Positions 1 through 10,860 of a stretch of 36,081 nucleotides of DNA are shown here, in pieces. The notes below the pieces were generated by a model. That model was given only the letters and a program-made list of their open reading frames with translations. It was not told where the DNA came from and did no database searches. The DNA comes from Paraglomus brasilianum (lineage: Eukaryota). Both the position numbers and the translations under genes were made by a program. Positions within the stretch are counted from its first letter, which is position 1; the number at the start of each line of letters is the position of its first letter. Location: the NCBI GenBank assembly GCA_910592345.1, contig CAJVPI010000305.1, positions 1 through 36,081 of the forward strand, read 5' to 3'.

Positions 1-31
1 AACACGAATCATGAAAGATAATAGTCAACGC

Positions 32-77
32 AAAATCATTCGTCTAGCAACAGTAAAATCATTTGTCTAGCAATAGT
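32..77. repeat. 23-bp direct repeat, two copies (AAAATCATTYGTCTAGCAAYAGT)
   Basis: aaaatcattcgtctagcaacagt followed directly by aaaatcatttgtctagcaatagt, 2 mismatches, both C/T. Confidence 0.75.
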
Positions 78-322
78 GAATTTATTTTCTGAAAGAAATA
101 ATTACTTACGATAATGTCTAATCTTAGAGATAGAATTCTAAAGATATACTTAAGTAGTATAATAAATCGGTGGCCTCATCACTAAGCATCGACACTACAG
201 AGCACCTATTGTCATGGTGAGGGAGCGCAGCCGCCTCGCGAAGAAAACCGCTGACAGAGCTTATGGAGAAATCAAAAAGTTGATTCATCGATTTATCTTG
301 TAGGAATCTTTTGTTATGAAGC

Positions 323-606
323 TTGAATCGATATTTGATATGGACTATGACAAAGATCATTAATGAGACAATTGTTGAAGGGAATAACCAGACGGAGGAG
401 GCAAAGTTCAACTTCTTTGTACGGTACACACTCTTGGATTTCATTGCAAACTTCAAATACAGATTACCAAGGGTCCTAGATCGCGATATGTCTGAGCAAA
501 CATTTATCGTCGAATGCTTATCCCCTATATTCTGAGCATTTCGAAACGTGTTTCCAGACATTAAGTACGAATGGATTGAGAAGGATGTCACTTCGATAAA
601 AGAGGT
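323..606 (+). pseudogene. Fragment of a multicopy Glomeromycotina-type hypothetical protein gene
   Basis: Frame reads ...LPRVLDRDMSEQTFIVECLSPIF*AFRNVFPDIKYEWIEKDVTSIKE through an internal TGA (533-535) and ends at a GTAATA donor-like site; upstream part looks frameshifted. Family resemblance is from recall only. Confidence 0.55.
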
Positions 607-1385
607 AATAAGATGATATCAGCCCGTGAAAGATGGATTTACTTGTTCTATGTTTGTCTGAATTTTGAGCACATAATTATAAATTAATTATGTGGGGCTT
701 AATATTAATTCGGTCTTAATTGTACAACTATCGTAGCAAGGGTAAGATAAATCGCTCTCCCAAACTCCCATTTTATCCCAATGGTTGCTGCCCTCTACAA
801 AATGAAAATGTAAAAGTTTGTGTTGCATCCATTGTTGGGCTCCTTACTATTACATTTGAGACCATTACACACCTCACTAACTACTGTAGCCCCTTTGTCT
901 TTTGTATACTATACTATTAACTGGAGACTCTGGTCTGGGATTGGAGTATGAATTGGAACTTGGGTATAGATCTTCTGCCCAGTGCATCGGTCTGCTGGGT
1001 CTACTGCCATGTGTGACTCAGTCTCTATGTCTTCATCATTGGTATGGGCCTTTGTTATTTGCCTGCATGCTTCTTGGATCTGTTCTTCCATCAGTATAAC
1101 CAAGCCACCTGATCTGCTACCAACTCGTGGTTCACCTCAGGTAAGTAGGAATCGGTAATATCCCTGCTCCAAATCTGCTGTATCTCGGCCAAACTCCACC
1201 GAGCAATGATATACCTCCTCGTACAGTGTGTTGCGAAAAAAAATGGCGCGTAAATTAAAAAACTAGTAACAAAAGACAAATGCGTTTGTTTACATGGTTT
1301 CTATACTTATATAGGTTTATTACTTTCAATTAATCACATTTGCCACCCTTTTCCTTGACTCCTTTCTCACTTGAACCTTGTAAAA

Positions 1386-1815
1386 ATGGTCAACACAAAT
1401 CTCGAAGCACAGCGTCAAACAATTTTATATTGTTAGCTAAATGGAATTCGTTCTGCCAAAAAAATATACCAAAATACGAAGATTCCCCCTCGAACTATTC
1501 AAAACAACAAGGGTGGTAATGGCCGTTCGCCCAAGATTACAAAGCATATCCCGTTCGATCAGACAATTAGCTCGCCGTAATTCAGCCATGACAACTCGTC
1601 GTATCTATTTTACATACTAATATTTGACAACACATGAAGAAAAATGGATAAAAGCGCCAGACCACTTGCCCTCCAATGCTTACCAGTAATCATATACTGA
1701 TGTTCGAAAAGCATGGACACAAGCTCATTTGAATAATAACTGGAATCACACTATTTTTACAGATGAACGGCCTTTGACTTGTTTCATAACAAAGTCACAA
1801 GAAGATATTGGCGAG
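1386..1815 (+). mobile_element. Degenerate Tc1/mariner (IS630-Tc1) transposase relic
   Basis: MVNTNLEAQRQTILYC*LNGIRSAKKIYQNTKIPPRTIQNN-KGGNGRSPKIT (HTH plus GRPR-like linker); after frameshifts AWTQAHLNNNWNHTIFTDE, matching the W..VIFSDE first catalytic Asp motif; remainder of DDE domain absent. Confidence 0.8.
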
Positions 1816-2349
1816 TTAAAGCAATTTATGGTAGTAAAATTCCTCAGGATGTTGTACAAACTTTAAAGTAGTTATAAGCTTTAGAATAAGTCCACTTTCA
1901 TTTGTCTCTGTTGGGTAATTGTTGACATATACAAGTTTATTTGATGGTATGAGTTAAGTTCCGTACCATTCTCTTCCAGTCGTTCACTTGTTGTTGATAC
2001 ATGACGATTTCGACTCGAGTATTCGTGGTAATATAATTGATAATATTCTCGGAGTGTCTAATGTGGAGTCCGTCTTGGTTAAAGATTGTTCGATCACTCC
2101 CCGCACGACAGTTTAATAGCAGCCCGGTGGAGATCGTCTTAACTAATAAATAATATTTTCTAATATTAGAACCAACTTGCATCCAACTAAGCAGTGTAAC
2201 ATCCACTAACCATTCTCGGCGTGGGGCACCAGGTCAGGGAAACCGTCTCCAAGATCACGTTGTTAACAATTCAAATATACAATAAATAGCTCGTTTCACA
2301 AGTCTTGTATTTGTTTTTCTTACACGCGCTTCTTACGTGAACAGTCAAT

Positions 2350-4113
2350 ATGGTCAAAATGCGAAGCAAACGAGGTAGGCAAGGAGGTAATCAATTAGAT
2401 AGTTTTCATTTCTGCCCTCGCCTCATTGACCCACATGCTAATTCCATACCCTACTTTATTTATATAGTTCCCAAGGCGCCTACCCAGCCTCGGGCCAAGA
2501 GAGTGAAAACAGCATCGACCAAATTTTCACCGCTGCCTGGCCCAGAAACATACCCTACTAAAAAGAAAATTGCTTTCGTCATGGGTACTGGAGATTGTGC
2601 TCAGTTGGGATTAGGAGAAGGCTGTTTAAAACGCAAGAAGCCAATGCCGATAAGAAGTTTAGAGGACAAGAACATCGTATATATTGCCACCGCTTGCCTT
2701 CATAACGTAGCTGTAACAGAAGATGGAAAGGTTAGAAAATAGTACATAACGCTCTTGTTGGGAACACAAGTCGATTAATGCGTAATTATGGACATTTAGG
2801 TTTATTCGTGGGGGTGTAATGATCACGGAGCTCTTGGAAGGACAACGAACGAGTCTGATGAATATGAGCCAGGCTTGGTAGAAGGATTGGATGGAGTCAA
2901 AATCATAAAAGCAGTTTGTGGCGGAAATATAACTTTGGTTTTGTCCGATGAAGGACGAGTTTATGCTGCTGGAACTTTCAAAGTAGGTATAATGTTTGTC
3001 GCAATTACAAGATTTATATCATTTAATGTTACTCACGGATTATCTGATTCACAAGATGGAGGCAGGTTCTTTTCTTGGCTTCAGTCCGGAACTGGCACGC
3101 CAACAACAAAAGAAATTCGTGCCTCTCAAGTATCTCGAACGTACCCGTATCGTTGATATTGGTGCTGGCTCAAATCATGCTATTGCTCTCTCTCAAGACG
3201 GCCTTGTTTACTCATGGGGTTTGGGTGACCATTCTCAGCTTGGTCGACGCATTTCAGTCAGACGTCCTGATTCTTGGATATATGCAGATAAAGTTGCGGG
3301 ATTATCTGATATTAAGAAAATTGCGTGTGCGGCCTATCATAACTTTGCCATCGACGGTGATAAAAATGTTTATGTCTGGGGATTGAATAATATGTATCAG
3401 TGTGGATTAAATGTAGAAGGAGAAATACAATATCCAACAACGATAGAGTTCTTTGAGAACAAGAATGTAGAGCAAATAGCGGCTGGAGAACATCATTCAG
3501 CGTTTTTATTAGAAAATGGGGACGTCTACACGGTTGGGCGAGGCGATGCTGGACAGCTTGGCATTGGAAGTCTCGCAGTAAGTAGCGACACTGTTGAAAA
3601 GAAGAAGGAGGTTGAGGCAAAGGTGGAAGATCTTAAAGACGGGGAGAAAGCCAATGGGACTTGTAAGTTATCGGCTCATGCATTCGGCTTTATTATGTCA
3701 AAGGATACGAATACATTGTATCTGTATCTTGTCTTTTCATGTTTTTAAGTTTCTGTTCTTACACTGCTGTCAATCCTTTCTTGCCATTTACTATAGCGAT
3801 GTCCAGTAAAACAGCCGTATCCATACCGAGACGAGTAAGTGGCCTCCCACCATGCAAGGCCATTGCTTGTGGTGATTTCCATACATTAGCTCTGAGCCGG
3901 GACGGCAAAGTCTACACATGGGGAAGCGGGATTACATACGCGCTTGGGAACGGCCGTTCGATAAGTGAAGACGATGATACTGGCGCCGATGAGCTGGTCC
4001 CTTATGAACTTACCGGACAGAAAATCATCGGTGTTGAAATAGTGGCTGTCGGCGGTGGCTCACAGCACTCGCTCTTGCTCGGTATGCAAGACCGGACGGA
4101 GACGAGCTCCTAA
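2350..4113 (+). CDS. RCC1: Regulator of chromosome condensation (Ran GEF, RCC1/Pim1/Prp20 family)
   Basis: Exons ~2350-2374, 2468-2730, 2800-2982, 3056-3662, 3797-4113; RCC1 repeats GTGDCAQLGLG, VYSWGCNDHGALGR, VYSWGLGDHSQLGR, WGLNNMYQCG, IAAGEHHS, GGGSQHS; basic N-terminal NLS-like tail. Confidence 0.9.
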
Positions 4114-4684
4114 GGACAATGTCTGGTAGGATAGATGTTCAATAAAGACACAATCTGAATGCTACATGATACATTGTTACTTGCCGCATTGTCATTTTGT
4201 CTTTTTGTATAGTTTAAGATTTCATTTATTGAAAATTGCCAATAATATAGATGATTGTTTATTTTTCCAATTTAGACGGTGGACGCTGTTATTGCATCGT
4301 AGGTTACTATTCAGTAATTGGTGTTTGTCCTTGTAAGTGACATTTGGTCTGTGTGTAAACGTAATTAATATCTTAAATAGGATGATTATAGTTACTGACT
4401 TTTACTGAGGCATGGATTGTTCTACCTAGTCTCGGTCACGCAATAAAATAATAAGATATTATTCTCAATGTAATAATTCTATGCCATAGCTTGCGAATCG
4501 TATTTCTGGATGCATCTTCAGAGACGGCCTACGCGGTACATTGGGCTCGTATCAAGATAGACAATGTATTGTAATTACTAAAATTGCTAAAAATGTGTCT
4601 CGTAGAGCTGCTGCAGCTATCCCGTGTTACCATCGATGAATATCAAAAAGTTACGATCTTCGGAATTTCCGTACACAGAATGCA

Positions 4685-6326
4685 ATGCCCCCATTATTAT
4701 TCACCTTGCTAAACAACGAGATATCCTTGCGCCTGGGTCGACTAAGCCTAGCGTCAAAGATCCTAGATACTCCAAACTGTATCCTAAATACCGTTAGAGG
4801 ATCTGTATTACATTTGACGCCCGACAACTTGCGTTTATTGCCTTTCCAGGCTGTTGGGATAACTCTGGAGCAGTTGTAAGTGTTAGCGTAAACCCGTTCT
4901 GTAAAAAAAGGGGGGACTCGATTTAATTTAAAGATATCCACAAGTCTAGATGTGCAGCCACCAGCTTCAACAAAGTTTCCCGGAGGCGCACATGAATTTT
5001 TCAACTTTCAAGAGTACCTGTTGTACGTTGATATACACGATCCAGCTAAACAAATCAAGGCTAGAGTTAATTCTGATAAATTCATCTCGGTACGGACACA
5101 TCAAGGGATAAGACAAGTGAGTCATGTTTTGTGTTAAAAGAGTTTACTTGTTTTGCTATCGATTACTTGAACTAACTATCCTTCCATAAGCTTACATTGG
5201 CAGACTATCTGTCTTATATGAATGCATATAAACCCGATTTTTTTGCAGCATTTTCTGATTCATTAATACAAAAGAATCATGGCGACAAGCGTGTCCAGAA
5301 GTCGATTGATCGAACGCTTAAATGGCTGGACGATACACTAGATCGAGTTGAAGTATGTTGACGTTTTGTCTGCTGCTCAAGATACCACCATAATATCCCA
5401 TTCATTTGGATTCAATCTACCATTTGATGCAGGAAGATACAAATGTTTTTGGTGTGTTAGGGGGACATGGTATTCGCGAAGAAAGGGTAAGGTCGGCACA
5501 CGAGACGGCAAAAAGAAAGGTTGCAGGTTCGTACATTCGTTTGAATATACGGGTCTAATAAATGTATTACACGATCGCTATTCTAATGATATATGCTGCT
5601 TATTTAGGTTTTTTATTGAATGTCTCTGAGATCGGAGACACTTCCGAAGAACGATTGGATTTGTTGAGAACTTCGCTCAGCCACCTACCGCAAGAAAAGC
5701 CGCGTCTTGTATATGGTCTTGGGACTCCCGGTATTTGATCCACAGACTGAACAAATTTATTTGCGTAAATATTCTTAGTAACGAGTTTGCCAATGTTTTT
5801 TTTTAAAGGGGACATCTTACGAGCGGTTTCTGAAGGAGCTGATCTATTTGATACTAGCTATCCTTCAGAGATGGCTAACAACGGACACGCGTTTACTTTC
5901 AAGTTTGCTACGGACAGTAATGCTTCGGACATGACGCTATCGATGAATTTGTGGGACAAATCGTTTGCAAGAGACTTTCAACCATTTGTGCCCTCTTGCG
6001 AGTGTCATGCATGTCAGAACTATACTAGAGCTTATACACATCATTTATTGATAGCACACGAGATGTTGGCGAACGTGCTTCTAATAAGGTCAGTTACCGA
6101 GCAGCAAGTTGATTCCCTTTGACGCGATAAACTATTCTGACATTTAAACAGCCATAATTTATTCGTGTATGGACGGTTCTTTGAGAGGATAAGGAACAGC
6201 ATTAAAATGAAGACATTTGATGAAGATATGCGACAATTTTTACATCGGTATGAGGGACAAGCTCAAATTGAACACTCTATGGAACGCGACACGGAACCGA
6301 AAACGAAAGAGCTGATTATTAATTGA
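4685..6326 (+). CDS. QTRT2: Queuine tRNA-ribosyltransferase accessory subunit 2
   Basis: 7 exons with GT-AG introns; TGT-fold motifs TPNCILNTVRGSVLHLTPD, KSIDRTLKWLD, GADLFDTSYP, zinc site CECHAC..YTRAYTHHLL.AHEMLA.VLL..HN; lacks QTRT1 catalytic DSGG and FDCV motifs. Confidence 0.9.
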
Positions 6327-7105
6327 TATGGGATTGATTAATAATAGAAATTAGAGCATATTGCCAAATAAAAGGGTGTGGGTTTGCATAATTTTATAAT
6401 TCTGCAAAGAATTCGAGTTGCGTGCTATTTAGACTGTATATAATCACTGCAGTCGTTTTGTATTTGGGAAGGGAAGGGAAACAAAATATTATATTTAATA
6501 CACATTTTACTTACTACATTGGGGCATGTTGCAAAGCAAGAAATAATGTGAGCATAGTTCCACTGTGATCCTGCCACACTGTCGGTAAAAATGAACAAAT
6601 CTATCATCCAGAATTATTGAAACAAACTCACTTCTGGGAAGGTTTCCTTGCAGACGCGTCTAATTAAACCGCCCTTCAACCAAAAATTCTTGCTAGTTGC
6701 TCGATTTTTATTGTTTAAATAGGTTTGGCAATAGTAGTATAAAAAAAATCAGGTACGGTTTACTTAATTCTTGATTGGGAATCTATAAAGTGCAATAAGA
6801 TTACTACCAGCCACAAATTAGTTATTAATAAACGAGCTACAAAGAAAGCCGTTCTTGCTTCTACGGCAAGAATTCTCTATCGGGAATTGAAAAAATGAAT
6901 GTAAGAAATAAAATCAATGGCTCCCATTCAATCACCTTGTCTGTGATAGTTGTGCTTATAGAGAAGACTGCTATTTAATGATGTCTGATTATTGACATTG
7001 CATTGTTATAAACGACTATTAAGAGAAAGAAACAATGAGCACTCTCATTGACCCCTGAAATCTTGTTTGTGGCGTCAATATTCACTTCTTTTACATCTTT
7101 CAAAA

Positions 7106-9118
7106 ATGCCTAAAGAACCAAAACAAAGACAGGATGATAATATCCCCCCACCACCACAAAACAATGTAAGTATTGGCACACAATCTCTAAAATTGATTAA
7201 TATGCAGTGATCAATAATGGCGCTGCGATTGTTCGATTGTAGCCACGCCAATGTCATTTCTGGGTGAAGCGAAAGAGGTAAGCAGATGAGAATGTCAATC
7301 ATGGATATAGTAAATACTGATAGTTAACAACAAGCATTCTGACATGCGTCCCTCTTTTTGAGACGATATTGTCATCTTCCGACAAAATTAGGAAACAAAT
7401 TCTGTGGTGAACATTTGATTTGTGATCAAGAAGAAGGAAAGAGAAGAAGAATTCCATGTCCATACGATCGATCACAGTAAGTGAGATGATAACTGCACAA
7501 ATTTTATTATATGATGACTTCCATTATTCACATACTTTCGTCATATAATAAATAGCACGGTATATGAGGACGAGTTACAAACGCATCTGAGAAAATGTAA
7601 CGCAAGACCTCTTCCTAAACAACCTTACTTCTCTCTCGATATTAACTGTACACTGGCATCATCCGATTCACACGTAAAAATTGCACTATCAGAGCTTCCA
7701 AAGGAAGAACTTGACACTTTGATCAAGAAGATCGAGCAATGGTACGACTTGCTCGTGCCCGAGATACAAACATCTATCTTGGATCACCCAGTGCTGCAAA
7801 AAAAGATGTGAGTTTTTACACGGAAGTTGGGATATGAATTGCAAGAGGAACCAAGAATTGTGTGAAACTTAATTGTTGTTGTTTTATAGGGAAACATTGA
7901 AGAATGCAAAGCATGCTATTCAGCAGGTGAGATGAATGGCTAGCCCTTTTCCCCTTTCCCTTTTCCCCTTTCCCTTTTCCCTTTTCCTTTATTTACGATT
8001 ATCTGATACGAACCTATCAAAGGCGTCTCTTCTGGGACACATGGAAAAATTGTCACTATTGCCAAAGGACGGCTGCTTTATTGAATTCGGTGCTGGTAAA
8101 GGTGAGCTTATAACCCCACTTATTATTTATATCAGTACAAATATTAACTTGTATTATTTGTAGGAGAATTATCGAGATTTGTTCAGGCAGCGGTTGCTGA
8201 TGATGGCAGTGCAGCGTTTATTCTAGTTGATAGAAAGAATATGCGCTTAAAGGTGAATACAAATTTATTGGCTATATACAAAAGTCAAAGTATTTAAAAC
8301 ATGAATTTTTTATCCTCTAGTTTGATTCCAACATTCGAGCTGCTTCCGATTCATCGGCTGTAAGGCGTATATGGAGTGACATTAAAGATTTAGACTTGTC
8401 AAAGATTGATTTAATCGAAAACAAGAACGTAATCGCGTTTTCCAAACACTTGTGTGGATCCGCGACGGATGTCACTCTTAAAGCACTGGTCAATCTTGCA
8501 AAGTCTACAAACCACGGGTAAAAGAAAAAAGAAAGAAATTTGTGCATAATGATACGAGTTTGTTGGGCTTTATCATTCGTCCTTACCCCCCTCGGTTTCA
8601 TTATTACGTCAAGCTCCAATAATCCAGTCACGGGCATTTTAATCGCATTGTGCTGTCATCAATTATGTCGATATTACATGTATCCATATCAAGAATATCT
8701 CAACGAGACTGGCATAACACCAAGGGATTTCGCGTGCATGTGTGCAATGAGTAGCTGGGCTATCTGCGGACAGCGGTCAAAGAACGACGGAGATGGAGAT
8801 GACGACCATGATTACAATGATCGAGATTGTGTTTATGAGGACGACAATATCGGGTGAGTGGAGCAAATAAATTAATGCATGGAAATTCTGTTTTCGTGAG
8901 TTAATACTAAACTAACAATTAATCTCTCATCAAACAGAGCACATTATTCTGGACTAGGACATTCAGAGAGAGAGATTTTGGGATACAAATGTAAAAGAAT
9001 ATTAGATATGGGAAGAGTGAGGTATCTTGAAGCCAATGGATTTCAATCATATCTGGTGTATTATGTGGATTCACTCGTTTCTCTTGAGAATGTGGCTCTG
9101 CTAGCAATACAACAATGA
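7106..9118 (+). CDS. TRM13: tRNA:m4X 2'-O-methyltransferase Trm13
   Basis: 10 exons; N-terminal zinc fingers (CHFWVKRKRRYC..FCGEH; RIPCPYDRSHTVYEDELQTHLRKCNARP), KHAIQQASLLGHM, FIEFGAGKGELS, SKHLCGSATD, IALCCH, CKRILDMGR, SLENV. Confidence 0.92.
7944..7991. repeat. Pure pyrimidine (C3-4T3-4)n tract in TRM13 intron 5
   Basis: ccccttttcccctttcccttttcccctttcccttttcccttttccttt-type run, ~7-nt unit, about 7 copies. Confidence 0.85.
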
Positions 9119-9342
9119 CGAGATTGTACAAAAAATATATATAAATAATAAATAACTAGAGCTCAAGAGAGCTCGAAATCTTTATTCTATAATTTCATAT
9201 ATAAAAATAAAACAGACTGATAGTTTATATATACAGGTGTGATTCGTTTTTTTTTCAACACAAACCGTTGGTTATACATATCTCTACAAACATCTACCTT
9301 CTCACTGATATATCCCTCATACTAGTAATTTTTTGTACAGAA

Positions 9343-10860
9343 TTATACAGGCCGACCCAGCTCGTTAGGTCTACGACTTTTATCTACATCACTCATTCTA
9401 CGCTTACCCACGAGGGTAACCTTCGGCACAGCTAAAGTCCAACGTCGTCGTAGCAAGTTCTTTACTCCATTCTTCTTTTCGTTTTCACCATCATCGTTAT
9501 TTGTAGGACTACTATTGGTACTGGACTGCCGGCGATGCCTACCGACATTAGTAGACATTGACAAGGAGCCGCCACTCTTGCAAATTTCGTATAATTGTTT
9601 GGCCATGTCCTTGTATCCAAAGTCTGTGGCAATTTTCACTGCTAGCATGTCGTTCCGCCGGGGATCTGCTTTATGAGCAAGCAAAAGCCGCGTTAATTCC
9701 CAATGGTTATTGGTTACGCACAGACATAGAGGCCGTCCATTATCGGCGTTAGCATCCGCTCCCGATTTCAGAAACAGCTCTATCAACTTCCATCTGGCAC
9801 TCTTGTTCTCCTCCTCTGTATAAGCCAAGTAGCATTGTATGGTAAATTCGAGAAGACTAGTCGAACCGAATTTTGCCGGTTCGCCTTTATGGCTCGACGG
9901 CGATATGTTTATTTCGGCGCCATTCTCTATAGCCAGTCTAGCTGCTTCGACATCAGCTTTTTCGATGCAAAGTCGTAAGTAGAGAGGATTCCTTTTTTGA
10001 ATTTCTCCCAGGCCACGTTCAAAGGCCCATCCAATTCCCTTTGTGTATTGCTTGTCAACACTTTCCTCTAATATATCAAGGGTATGTTGTGGATGGTAAG
10101 CAAGCGCTGTTGCAACATCTAGTCGTTCATGTAATACGATTGCAAATGCAAGTTCTGTATCTGAAAAGAAGCTTGGTCTATTTGCGAGCTCCTGTCGCAA
10201 GTTTAGAGACTTGTAACCAGCGTCTTTCACTAACGACAGGTAATCCTTTTCTAATTTTCCTTCAGGGAATGATCCATTGTCTGTTAACTCGCAGTCTTTT
10301 AATGTATGAGCGGTAATGTATCTATCTATCTTAACACCTCTACTGATTAGATAAGGTATGAGCTTCCCACTGGTTGGATGGGCAAATGCTGCATCGAACA
10401 GCCTTGTAACACTTCCGTCATATGAAGACTGCAGCCTTCGCTTTCCTAGAACTTGCAAGTCAATAATCTCCATCAAGATGTTGAATGGAGTCTTTGTATC
10501 TACTGCTTGACATAGTTGAGAATAAGACGGCATGAAAGATTTCGGTAGTTCAGGATGTAGCCAATACCTAATCCAACTTCTTTTGAAGCTTTTGGACGTA
10601 ACAACGATAGCACGAAACAGTCGGCATACTCCAGCTACTCTTCTGGGAACGGGGAGACAAATGAATATGGATTCGAGGATTTCGGGGAGTAGGTTATATA
10701 GCGATGGCCGGGGCAAAGTAGATTCGCCAATGGAAAGCTCTGAGAGAGCTTGGACAAAGTTATAGTCAATGTCACTTTCAATATAAGGTTCGTAGTAATC
10801 ACTGGACTCTGAAGCACTTCTTGTAGTCCTGTTGTTTATTTGTAATGAAAAAGACTCCAT
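9343..10860 (-). CDS. F-box and ankyrin-repeat protein, single exon, 505 aa
   Basis: F-box LYNLLPEILESIFICLP..RVAGVCRLFRAIV; ankyrin repeats ARLAIENGAEIN, LFLKSGADANADNGRPLCLCVTNNHWELTRLLLAHKADP; basic disordered C-tail. Confidence 0.85.
   Translation of the reverse strand: MESFSLQINNRTTRSASESSDYYEPYIESDIDYNFVQALSELSIGESTLPRPSLYNLLPEILESIFICLPVPRRVAGVCRLFRAIVVTSKSFKRSWIRYWLHPELPKSFMPSYSQLCQAVDTKTPFNILMEIIDLQVLGKRRLQSSYDGSVTRLFDAAFAHPTSGKLIPYLISRGVKIDRYITAHTLKDCELTDNGSFPEGKLEKDYLSLVKDAGYKSLNLRQELANRPSFFSDTELAFAIVLHERLDVATALAYHPQHTLDILEESVDKQYTKGIGWAFERGLGEIQKRNPLYLRLCIEKADVEAARLAIENGAEINISPSSHKGEPAKFGSTSLLEFTIQCYLAYTEEENKSARWKLIELFLKSGADANADNGRPLCLCVTNNHWELTRLLLAHKADPRRNDMLAVKIATDFGYKDMAKQLYEICKSGGSLSMSTNVGRHRRQSSTNSSPTNNDDGENEKKNGVKNLLRRRWTLAVPKVTLVGKRRMSDVDKSRRPNELGRPV

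Noticed and set aside
124..591. 155-aa minus-strand ORF
   Set aside because: Antisense shadow of the + strand pseudogene; same for most short ORFs antisense to the called genes
1095..1150. Minus-strand TACTTACCTG resembling the U1 snRNA 5' end
   Set aside because: No U1 loop I (GATCACGAAG), loop II (ATTGCAC) or Sm site follows; it is simply the complement of a consensus donor
4721..4728. ATATCCTT U12-type donor motif (also at ~32934-32941 on minus)
   Set aside because: Both lie inside continuous coding exons of QTRT2 and KU80; no minor intron is needed in any gene model here
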